A DNA stretch of 64,000 nt from an uncultured Pseudomonadota bacterium (GTDB lineage: Bacteria; Oederibacteriota; Muellerivitia; Muellerivitales; Muellerivitaceae), in the NCBI GenBank assembly GCA_963836235.1, contig CAWIIP010000002.1:1056001-1120000 (forward strand), given 5' to 3'. Below are positions 27,537 through 36,050 of the stretch, piece by piece (positions within the stretch are counted from its first letter, which is position 1; each line of letters begins with the position of its first letter). Below the pieces are notes generated by a model, which saw only the letters and a list, made by a program, of their open reading frames with translations, was not told where the DNA came from and ran no database searches. The position numbers and the translations under genes were made by a program.

Positions 27537-30500
27537 TTACCTTACGACTAAAAGTTTGGTAACGAACCTGCCTTGGGGCGTTTGGATTACGACGTAATAG
27601 AGCCCGTTGGCCAAGGGCTTCCCGTCCCTGTCCGTCAAGGGTAAAGAAATGTCTAATATTCCCGCAGAAACATTGAACAAGGTGATCTGGTTTACTTTCC
27701 GGAAAGCCAGGGTGAAGACCTCCACCTTCACTTGGGCCGCGAATGACACCAAGGAAACCTGTACCGTCACTGGTCCCGGACCCGTTGCCGGATTGGGATA
27801 AACAATCATCGTGGCCTCTGGAGTGGGCGTGGTAGATGGTGTCCCCGTCGGTGTAGAAGAGGAAGTCACTACCGTCGTAGAGGTGGGCGTCTGAGTGGCG
27901 GTGGCTATCGTGACTGTCGCTCCACTTACCGGCATACCGCTGAAAAGAACCGCTTCCCCGTTTGTCCCAGCGCCCCCTGTCACGCTGAACTCGTAAGTTC
28001 CTGCGGGTGCGCTAGTCGAAAAGTTCACCACCACTTCATAGGTCACCGCACCGTTACTCGGCGGTATTACGTTATTGAGACTAAAGATCGCCGTCGATCC
28101 GCTGAATGTTCCGGAAGAAATGACCGTCCCACCATCCACCAACGATATGGAAGTGATTGCCATAGGAGAAGTTCCTGATTCCGTAAGGGTCAAGCTGTTC
28201 ATCGTGACCGCATTGTTCCCCGGATTGGTCAGTTGGATTTGCTGAACCGTGACTCCTGCCGCCCCCGGAAGTTGAGTGGAGTTATTCGGAGGGCTTGAAC
28301 CTTGGGAAGCCGATACAGTTACGACAGTGGGTGTGGCCGTTAATGTAACAGTCAAAGTGGCTGTTAAGCTGGCCGTTGGGGTTGTCGTACGAGTCGGGGT
28401 ATTCGTCACTGTATGGGTTGGAGTTGCCGTAGTGGTTTGAGTAGCCGTATTGGCCAGGGTATTGGTAGGAGTGTAGGTTGTTGTTTTAGTAGCCGTATTC
28501 GAGGCGGTAGGTGTCGTACTATCGGTGGTTGTATTCGTAAAGGTACTGGTGGCAGTCGTCGTGGCTGTATTGGTCGCGGTATTGGCTAAGGTATTCGTGG
28601 GTGTGGAAGAAGCCGTCGGGGTTGCTGTGTTTGAGGTTGTGGCGGTTGGGCTGTTAGTAGCTGTCTTCGTCGAGGAACTCGTGGCGGTCGGGGTGGGCGT
28701 ATTGGTGGCACTATTGGCTAAGGTGTTGGTCGGCGTAAAGCTAGTGGTTCGGGTGGCTGTGTTTGTTGTTGTCATGGTTGGAGTATTAGTCGCAGTTTCG
28801 GCCAAAGTATTGGTCGGCGTTGAAGAAGCTGTTTGAGTAGCCGTATTCGCCAAGGTATTCGTGGATGTTAAAGAAGCCGTTGGAGTCTGGGTATTTGAGG
28901 CGGTAGCCGTCGGACTATTAGTAGCGGTATTCGAAGCAGTCATCGTAGGACTGTTGGTCGCAGTATTTGCCAGTGTATTCGTAGGAGTCGCCGTGGCAGT
29001 ATTGGATAGGGTATTGGTCGGGGTTAAAGTTACCGTTTTGGTAACGGTATTCGAAGCGGTTGTTGTGGCACTGTTGGTGGCGGTATTCGCCAGGGTAGTG
29101 GTAGGTGTCGCAGTAGCGGTTTGGGTCGCAGTATTGGGCAGGGTGTTAGTAGGGGTCGAAGTCAAGCTATTGGTTGGGGTGAATGTCGTCGTCTTCGTTG
29201 CCGTATTCGTCGGCGTGGAAGTAACCGAGGTCGTCGGTGAGCTGGTTTGGGTGTTTGTACGGCTGGCTGTGGGAGTCGAAGTAGTGGTGGAACTGGGGGT
29301 TGAAGTGACCGTCCGCGTGGCGGTATTGGACACCGTCGCGGTGGGGCTGTTGGTTCGGGTGACCGTCGGTGAAAGCGTAGGTGTCGGGCTGTTGCCTCCC
29401 GGCGTGGGGGTGGGCGTGGCATAACCGGTCAATTCCAATCGCACATAGTCATACTCAAAACCTTCACCCAGACTGGCTCCACCGGTCGGCCGTAGGCCGA
29501 TGTCGATCTCGTTTGTACCCGTCTTCAGTTTATTACCTGCGAAATCCAGGTAGGCGTCGCCCCAGTCCCCCTGAGAACCCAGGCGGAGGATCGAGTCGAA
29601 ACTGACGTTCGGCGGGTAGAAACCGGTAGTCGCGTTGGTGATCGTAGTGTAGTTGCCGTCCGTGGAAGCCATGAGCGAAGCGGTTTGGATGGTCCCATTG
29701 ATCGTGAGGATACAGGCCGAACTAAAGGCGGAGGCGAAGGCCATATAAAGCCGGGCGTTTTGGGCCGCCGTGGGCGCGGTCGCCAGGTTAAAAAAGATCT
29801 TGGACGTTGACCCGGCGTAGCCTGTCCCGGAAGGAACAGTGGGCTGGCAATAGTTCCAGTCGGTTCCAGGATCGCTCGTCCCCACCACAAAGCTGACCCC
29901 GTTAGGATATTGGGTCGGATAGGCCATAAACCCACCCCAAGTCGCCGGAACATCATAAGGGGGGCCGCCCGCATAGGCCGGCAGGATGCCGCTATAGGGC
30001 GTCGAAAGATGTTCCCCGTTATTAAATTCGTTGGAGTCCCGATCCGGTGTGCCGATTTCCCACACCGTGGGCCCCAAACGCAAAGGCGACCAGGTAAGGG
30101 CGCCCAGGTTCAAGGACTGGCCTGCGGTCACGGTAACGTTCGCCTGCTCAAAGGTGCCGACCACGCCGGGACCAAAAGCCCAGAGGTTATAAGTGCCGGG
30201 CAAAATGTTAGGGATAGTAAAACTGCCGCCCGTCCCCGTTTTAACCCAGAACTGGCTGGTTAGGTACTGTTGTTGGAAATCCACCCCCCCGTCGACCGGC
30301 CCCAGCCCGATCCAAAGGCTGACCGGCGAGGTTCCCGGATTGTAGGGGTCGTTGATGGCGAGGGTACCGCTCACCGTGGCGCGGCCGGACGCCTGGGGAT
30401 AGACCGTGCCGGTTCCACCGGCCACCGGCTGGGGATTGAACCAGGTATAAGGCCAAGCACCCTGCTCGGCGGCGGCTTGCGCCTGCGCGTCGGCCCAAAG

Positions 30501-31496
30501 GACCCGGGCCTTCAGGGAAACGGGATCACTGGAGGCACCGGTATACTGGTTGGCGTAAATGAAAGCCGGTCCGAAGGTTTTGGACGAGAAACTTCCTGCG
30601 GGCTGGTCTTGAGTGAGGCCGAACCCATAGTGCCCGCCTCCGAACATATCCAGCAATGTGTTGCCGATGTGCTCCGTGAGCTCCCGATGCATGGGGCCAC
30701 CATCTTCAAACTCGTGGCTGGGCAGCGTCTGCCAGACGCCGTAATTGGTGGTCGAGGAGGCCCAGCCCCAGGTGTTGACCTTTCCCAGGGGAGCGCTGTA
30801 GGAATATTTACAATTCGTCAGTCCATTATAGATTCCAGCGGTATATTGCATCACTTCCGGGGGCGCTCCCGCCACTGTCGTGACCGCGGTACTGGGAGGA
30901 GCCATCTGCCTGAACCGGTAAGGGTCCACGGCCAGCCAGTCGAAGATCGAACCCACGTACATGTTGGTGCGTAGTTCGGCGCCGAGATAGTCGGGGTAGC
31001 TGGCCTCGTGGGTGAGAATCATCGTATCGTAGATGCCCTGCTGTCCGCGTAAGAGATCGTAATAGACGGCCATGTCCATGGGGCTGGCCGTTGATTGGAG
31101 CCACACTTCCGCCTGGTTGCCGCCGTTGTTGGCGGGATTTACGGTCAGCGTATAGACGGGGTTCGCCAGGGTGGGCCCGCCAGAGCCGTCGAAGTAAAAA
31201 TACCCGCCGCCATTGCCTCCAGCCAGAAGGTTCGTGCCGTTATAGGTGAAATTCGTGACATTACCGTTGGTTGTGTTGATGACAAAGGAGACAATGCCAT
31301 TGGCTAGCGTAACGTTGGTGCCGTTTTGGGTCACGGTTACGTTGGCTCCGGTGCCGGTACCACCGCCGGGAACGTTGGCTTGAGATAAACATGGGGTTAA
31401 GAAAAGAATCGCAAATCCAAAAAGCCTGGCCCATCCCGATAATTTTAGGGTCAAGGGGATAAAATCGGTTTCATTTGAAGACATGGAAAATTTCAA
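27537..31496 (-). CDS. PL4 rhamnogalacturonan endolyase + stalk + Ig-like module + CTD
   Basis: KYSYS, HEFEDGGPMHRELTEH, GGHYG, KTFGP, FTIPNILPGTYNL, WEIGTPDRDSNEF, YDYVRLE. Confidence 0.88.
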   Translation of the reverse strand: MKFSMSSNETDFIPLTLKLSGWARLFGFAILFLTPCLSQANVPGGGTGTGANVTVTQNGTNVTLANGIVSFVINTTNGNVTNFTYNGTNLLAGGNGGGYFYFDGSGGPTLANPVYTLTVNPANNGGNQAEVWLQSTASPMDMAVYYDLLRGQQGIYDTMILTHEASYPDYLGAELRTNMYVGSIFDWLAVDPYRFRQMAPPSTAVTTVAGAPPEVMQYTAGIYNGLTNCKYSYSAPLGKVNTWGWASSTTNYGVWQTLPSHEFEDGGPMHRELTEHIGNTLLDMFGGGHYGFGLTQDQPAGSFSSKTFGPAFIYANQYTGASSDPVSLKARVLWADAQAQAAAEQGAWPYTWFNPQPVAGGTGTVYPQASGRATVSGTLAINDPYNPGTSPVSLWIGLGPVDGGVDFQQQYLTSQFWVKTGTGGSFTIPNILPGTYNLWAFGPGVVGTFEQANVTVTAGQSLNLGALTWSPLRLGPTVWEIGTPDRDSNEFNNGEHLSTPYSGILPAYAGGPPYDVPATWGGFMAYPTQYPNGVSFVVGTSDPGTDWNYCQPTVPSGTGYAGSTSKIFFNLATAPTAAQNARLYMAFASAFSSACILTINGTIQTASLMASTDGNYTTITNATTGFYPPNVSFDSILRLGSQGDWGDAYLDFAGNKLKTGTNEIDIGLRPTGGASLGEGFEYDYVRLELTGYATPTPTPGGNSPTPTLSPTVTRTNSPTATVSNTATRTVTSTPSSTTTSTPTASRTNTQTSSPTTSVTSTPTNTATKTTTFTPTNSLTSTPTNTLPNTATQTATATPTTTLANTATNSATTTASNTVTKTVTLTPTNTLSNTATATPTNTLANTATNSPTMTASNTATNSPTATASNTQTPTASLTSTNTLANTATQTASSTPTNTLAETATNTPTMTTTNTATRTTSFTPTNTLANSATNTPTPTATSSSTKTATNSPTATTSNTATPTASSTPTNTLANTATNTATTTATSTFTNTTTDSTTPTASNTATKTTTYTPTNTLANTATQTTTATPTHTVTNTPTRTTTPTASLTATLTVTLTATPTVVTVSASQGSSPPNNSTQLPGAAGVTVQQIQLTNPGNNAVTMNSLTLTESGTSPMAITSISLVDGGTVISSGTFSGSTAIFSLNNVIPPSNGAVTYEVVVNFSTSAPAGTYEFSVTGGAGTNGEAVLFSGMPVSGATVTIATATQTPTSTTVVTSSSTPTGTPSTTPTPEATMIVYPNPATGPGPVTVQVSLVSFAAQVKVEVFTLAFRKVNQITLFNVSAGILDISLPLTDRDGKPLANGLYYVVIQTPQGRFVTKLLVVR

Positions 31497-31713
31497 TTTC
31501 CGCCGCCATCTGTTAAATTTTGGAATCCCCGCTTGTCAAAGCTGGGATGGGATAGACTCTCTCATACCTTGGATTCAAGCCTAGATGGTTTTATTCCCTT
31601 TTTTAAAAAAATTTACCTATATTTTTGAATTTACCGTTTAAACAAGAAAAAAGCCAAAAAAGACATGTGATTCATGGATTTTCGACATAAGCCAACAACT
31701 GGAGTGAAAAAGC

Positions 31714-33090
31714 CTACTTTTGAATCGCTAGCACTTTGGGCTTAAACCGGTCTTCCCTTCCCGAATCGTACTTCAGGTCTATCTGGTAAAAGTAATGTCC
31801 TGGCGCAAAGGCCTGGATATTGAGCTCACTTTGTTGGACCCCGGCTGGTTTCGTATCCTCTAGGCTTCCCGCCAGAACGCCCGAAGCGTTCCACACCCGG
31901 ATATCGGCCTTTCCACTTTCCGCCATGTTATAGACGAAACTGACTGTGGGGCCGCTGGAAGGATTGGAGTAAACATAGGGTTGGTTGCCGGGCGCCGGGG
32001 GAGTGGGGGTCGGGCTGCAGACCGCCAAGATAGTCACTGGGTTGGAAGTAACCGGCCCCAGGGGTGCGCCTAAATTCAATTGAGCTGAGTTATTGAAAGT
32101 ATTATTGCAACTATTGGCTGTCGCTGCGACTTGAACCGTCGCGGCTGAACCAGCCACTAAACTTCCCAAGTTCCAATTGACGATTTGCCCCGTGACTGAC
32201 GGACTACCAGTGGCCGTAAAATAATTCAACCCAGCGGGCAAAGTATCCAACAGATTCACATTATCAAAATCCGGCGATTGGACAACTTGGACGTTGTCAA
32301 AAACCACCTCCGAATTCCCCTGCACTTGGATTCCGGGAAAGCCTGGCGCCAATTGGACCGTTGTGCTTGCCGTGGCCACCTGGACTCCATTCACATAGGC
32401 GGTCAATATGGCGGGGTTGACTCCCGACACGGCTAACTTGATCGTAGACCAAACCCCAGTGTTGATCGTCGCGCTCGCGGTCATAGGGGTTTGAAAAGCA
32501 CCGCCATCCTCCTGAACCACTAGGTTGATGTTGTTACTGGTTCCCTGGGAAACCGTCATCTGGTATTGGCCGTCGGCAACATCATTGCGCCACATTAAGG
32601 CAGCCGCGTTTCCACTGTTGGGAAAATAAAAATCGGCCTGGATTGAACCATCTGTTACCGGGCCCGCCCCGTTGTAAACCAATCGGCCGCAAAGGGGACC
32701 GCATCCATTGTTATAAACCGCCGACACGGCTTGGCTTCCCGGGCTCGTGGTGCCGTTTAGTACGTTGATCACCGTCTGGGTAATGGCATAACCTGAACTT
32801 CCGCCATAGGTCGTCCATCCCGTGGGCATCCCCCCTGCGGTGTCGGCTTCAAATGTGTCCATCGTGGTCACGGGCACGCCGGTGTTGCCATAGGCTAGGT
32901 TGTAGATGACCACTTGCCCTCCCGTGACCACCGTGGAAGGGGAAGATAGGTTCAGGAAAGCGGAGGATGATATCGTTGATGTGGCCGTGGGTGAGGGCGT
33001 GGCGGTTTGGCCCAGGGCTTGACCCACCCTAAAACCTCCTCCCCAAAAGGCGATAAATAAAAAAGACAGAATTGTCCTCATCCAAAACAT
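31714..33090 (-). CDS. Secreted protein: DUF11-like domain with an inserted lectin-like domain, plus a divergent CTD
   Basis: Signal peptide. VVTGGQVVIYNLAYGNTG ... NVNLLDTLPAGLNY...VNWNLGSL (DUF11 halves). Tail VYSNPSSG...IRVWNASG...FAPGHYFYQI...KVLAIQK. Confidence 0.62.
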   Translation of the reverse strand: MFWMRTILSFLFIAFWGGGFRVGQALGQTATPSPTATSTISSSAFLNLSSPSTVVTGGQVVIYNLAYGNTGVPVTTMDTFEADTAGGMPTGWTTYGGSSGYAITQTVINVLNGTTSPGSQAVSAVYNNGCGPLCGRLVYNGAGPVTDGSIQADFYFPNSGNAAALMWRNDVADGQYQMTVSQGTSNNINLVVQEDGGAFQTPMTASATINTGVWSTIKLAVSGVNPAILTAYVNGVQVATASTTVQLAPGFPGIQVQGNSEVVFDNVQVVQSPDFDNVNLLDTLPAGLNYFTATGSPSVTGQIVNWNLGSLVAGSAATVQVAATANSCNNTFNNSAQLNLGAPLGPVTSNPVTILAVCSPTPTPPAPGNQPYVYSNPSSGPTVSFVYNMAESGKADIRVWNASGVLAGSLEDTKPAGVQQSELNIQAFAPGHYFYQIDLKYDSGREDRFKPKVLAIQK

Positions 33091-33112
33091 GAAAAACCTC
33101 TTTTTTTCGCCT

Positions 33113-34444
33113 TCACTTAGAATCCGTTGATCCTTTATATTTCACAAGCCAATCCCGCAAAGCCTTGTTGTCTGGTTTTAATTGGAGGACTTTTTCAAAG
33201 CACTGAATGGCATAAACTTTTTCATCCAAATGGTAATAATCATTAGCCAAGGCCTGCCAAAGAAGATCATCCGATGGTTTTTCCTTGATCGCATCCACGT
33301 AAATTCCCATGGCTTCTTTCAGTTTACCTTCTTTTTCTAACTCCTGTCCTTGCGCCAGTGGATCGGTGGAAATTTTAAAATGAACTTCCACATCTTTTGA
33401 GGGGGTTTCGGGCGCCTGCTGTACCACCGTCACCGGTACCTGAACGGGCACCCTCACCACTTCTTTAGGCAGGTCGAATTGGTAGCCCAAGCTGATGCGA
33501 TTGGATGACCCCAAACTACCGAATGGAAGATAAGCGTAATCCAAAGATAAGGAAGAAATTTTGATCCCTGCCCCGGCGGTAAGGCCTGTGAGACCCTCGA
33601 TCTGGTTGTCATAAAAAGTCTGTTGATAACCCAATCGTAGGGCCCATTGCCGGTCCAGTGAACCTTCCAATCCTGCTTGGGCGGAGCCCACTCCTCCCGG
33701 TGTCCAAGACCCGGCCAGGGCCGCCAAAAGGGTGAAATGGGGATTGAGATCAACAAGGACCGATCCCCCGCCATTCAATTCACCGGCAAGGGCATTACCG
33801 GCCACGGGAGTGCCAAAATTTAGGTAGGAGACACCCAGCCGCAGATTTTTTTGGGGTAACCAAAGAAGACCAGCGTCACCGGCCAAACTGGTGTAAAGGT
33901 CGTTCACGACCTTTTGTTGGAGTCCCCTCAGCGCGAGACCGACCGAAAATCCGGGGAACCATTCCATTCCCCATCCGGCGGTAAAACCCACATCACTATC
34001 ATTGAAACTACCTTCGGATACACCATAAGTATTCCGAAGATCGAGGCTCCCCCATCCCACATAATCCAACGAAAAAGCCAGCCCCCCCAAACTCCCAGCG
34101 GGAAAGCCCGCCGTAAGGGTTTCCTGAAAAGTCCCAGCCAAGTAGCTGTTATGGTGAAGGGCGACGTCGGGGCTTTTCAAATTCGCGAGTCCCGCCGGGT
34201 TGAAAAAAAGGGCGGAGGTGTCGTCGGCCACTCCCACGAAGGCTGATCCCAAGGCTAAGTCCCGGGCCGAGCCCTCAAAGTTTTCCAGGGGCGCCGCCAG
34301 GCCCGCTGTCCCCGTTACTGTTTGTGCAAACGAATTTTTAGAAAAAAGTGTCGTCATCAGAGAAATACATAGAAAGGCTAGGGCAAAAGGAATTTTAAGT
34401 TTTGAAAAGCCGGACGGCTTCATGGCTGCCTCCGGCAAAATCAT
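33113..34444 (-). CDS. PorV/PorQ-family (FadL-like) outer-membrane beta-barrel with C-terminal TPR
   Basis: SARDLALGSAFVGVADDTSALFFNPAGLA (PorV/FadL N-terminal signature), alternating strands, LDYAYLPFGSLGSSNRISLGYQF, then TPR helices (AIQCFEKVLQLKPDN). Confidence 0.8.
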   Translation of the reverse strand: MILPEAAMKPSGFSKLKIPFALAFLCISLMTTLFSKNSFAQTVTGTAGLAAPLENFEGSARDLALGSAFVGVADDTSALFFNPAGLANLKSPDVALHHNSYLAGTFQETLTAGFPAGSLGGLAFSLDYVGWGSLDLRNTYGVSEGSFNDSDVGFTAGWGMEWFPGFSVGLALRGLQQKVVNDLYTSLAGDAGLLWLPQKNLRLGVSYLNFGTPVAGNALAGELNGGGSVLVDLNPHFTLLAALAGSWTPGGVGSAQAGLEGSLDRQWALRLGYQQTFYDNQIEGLTGLTAGAGIKISSLSLDYAYLPFGSLGSSNRISLGYQFDLPKEVVRVPVQVPVTVVQQAPETPSKDVEVHFKISTDPLAQGQELEKEGKLKEAMGIYVDAIKEKPSDDLLWQALANDYYHLDEKVYAIQCFEKVLQLKPDNKALRDWLVKYKGSTDSK

Positions 34445-34470
34445 AACATTCCCGGAAGGCTCTTCCTATT

Positions 34471-34497
34471 TATAGATACGTCGGATAAACAAAAGTT
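34471..34497 (-). promoter_or_regulatory. Candidate ECF-type promoter (AACT-N17-TCTATA) upstream of the PorV-like gene
   Basis: Minus strand reads TAACTtttgtttatccgacgtaTCTATA. Similar to 50488..50517. Confidence 0.4.
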
Positions 34498-35140
34498 ATT
34501 TGCCCGTTTCAATACTCACGTTTTTGGACATTTCGGTGGCGCCGGATTTGACCCGAATGCGGTAATCCCCCGTGGGGGCCTGGGACCCATCAGAAAGAAG
34601 GCCATCCCAACGGATCGACCATTTTCCCGGGGCAAGGCTGCCTTGGTAAAGGGTACGAACTGTTTGTTCTTTCGGATCGAGGATACAGACTTCCACCGGC
34701 GCCGGTTTATCCAATTCCACGACCACACTCAAGCGGTTTCCCTCGGCCGTGGAACCCGTCAAACGCTGGGGAACCTGGAGAGGCGGAGGTGGCAAGATAA
34801 CTTTGGGCCGGGAAAGGGTAGCGGGTATCACCACTTTCTCCAGAGGTGTTGCGGTCTGTGCTGTTTCCAGAACGGCTTTGGGCCAAAGAGACCAGGCGAG
34901 AATACCCGCCGAGAAAGTGGTCGCCAACAAGGCCAATTTGGTCAGGGAAAGGGCCGGATGAGGGAGCCCAAAGTTTTTCGGAATCATAGGTACTGGCAAT
35001 CCCATGGCCAGATATTCTTGTTTCATTTTTTCGCCGAACCGAAGGGCCTCTTCGGAGGAATTTCCCAAAAGGTCTTCAAGACTCTGGGCTTCGGCTTCGG
35101 TCAGATTCCGGCTGAAAAATTCATTTACTAGGTTTGTCAT
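34496..35140 (-). CDS. Putative anti-sigma factor: one TM helix + FlgD-Ig/CTD-like extracytoplasmic domain
   Basis: Overlaps the sigma stop (ATGA). N-terminal FFSRNLTEAEAQSLEDLL, then a TM segment, then VRTLYQGSLAPGKWSIRWDG...GSQAPTGDYRIRV. Confidence 0.75.
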   Translation of the reverse strand: MTNLVNEFFSRNLTEAEAQSLEDLLGNSSEEALRFGEKMKQEYLAMGLPVPMIPKNFGLPHPALSLTKLALLATTFSAGILAWSLWPKAVLETAQTATPLEKVVIPATLSRPKVILPPPPLQVPQRLTGSTAEGNRLSVVVELDKPAPVEVCILDPKEQTVRTLYQGSLAPGKWSIRWDGLLSDGSQAPTGDYRIRVKSGATEMSKNVSIETGK

Positions 35141-35742
35141 AGCTTCCCTTCTTGCAACATCTTCTCGACCTTTTCTTTCAGCCCTGCCGTACAGCGGGCC
35201 AAGCGGGACATGACCGTTCCCATCGGAACTTTCAAGGCCCTGGCTATCTCGATATAACTTGCGCTTTCTTTCATCCTCAATTGAAGCATCTTTTTACAGG
35301 GCTCCCCCATGCTTTCCAAGGCCCGGTCGACGGTTTCCATCTTCGCTTTCCGTTCCTTGTCCCGGTCCGCCTGATCGGCGGCTTCCAAAGCCCGGGGCTT
35401 AAGTCGTTCTTCCAGGTCTTCTTCGGCTTGCGACACCATCCGGCCGCGCTTTCGGAAATGCCGGTAACACTGGTGAATGCAAATTTGCGTCAGCCAGGTA
35501 TCCAGGCTGGAACGGAACTCAAACTGGTCTAACTTTTGGAAAGCAGCCAGAAAAGCTTCCTGAAGGATGTCCTCGATTTCCGGGTCATTGGACCCCATGA
35601 AATAAACACAAAAGCTATAGAGCTTTTGCTGGTGGGCCCGGTAAAACTCCGTTTTGGCCCTCTCGTCGCCCTTTAGGATCCGTCCAACCAGTTCCCGCTC
35701 GTCCAAAGGAGCTCCTATCGACTTAGTACCATTTCGGGCCAA
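35137..35742 (-). CDS. ECF RNA polymerase sigma factor
   Basis: EDILQEAFLAAF...FEFRSSLDTWLTQI (region 2) and SYIEIARALKVPMGTVMSRLAR (region 4). Confidence 0.93.
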   Translation of the reverse strand: MARNGTKSIGAPLDERELVGRILKGDERAKTEFYRAHQQKLYSFCVYFMGSNDPEIEDILQEAFLAAFQKLDQFEFRSSLDTWLTQICIHQCYRHFRKRGRMVSQAEEDLEERLKPRALEAADQADRDKERKAKMETVDRALESMGEPCKKMLQLRMKESASYIEIARALKVPMGTVMSRLARCTAGLKEKVEKMLQEGKL

Positions 35743-35857
35743 AATATTCCCTGGCGGCCCTGAATTTATTTCGAAGAAAGTGAACTGACAAGATACGACT
35801 TATCACCGGAAGTAAAAAATCAGAGAGGTTTTCAATTGCTATGCCCGAATTAAAAGC

Positions 35858-35873
35858 ATGAAACCGGTTTCAT
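35858..35873. promoter_or_regulatory. Perfect 16-bp palindrome ATGAAACCGGTTTCAT
   Basis: Upstream of the ECF sigma operon; same family as 9374, 15144 and 25016. Confidence 0.65.
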
Positions 35874-36050
35874 TAGAAAGTTCAATGGATTATAAGACAG
35901 AAAGGATGGCTTCAAAAGGTTGGAGAAGAGTCTCTAGGATTAAAATTAAATTTATGCTGTTTTGAAATTACCGGTTCACCAATAGAACGGCTGTTCCATC
36001 AGTGAATCAAATTCTGCTTTAATTCCAACGGAAAATCCCATTTCGCAGTT

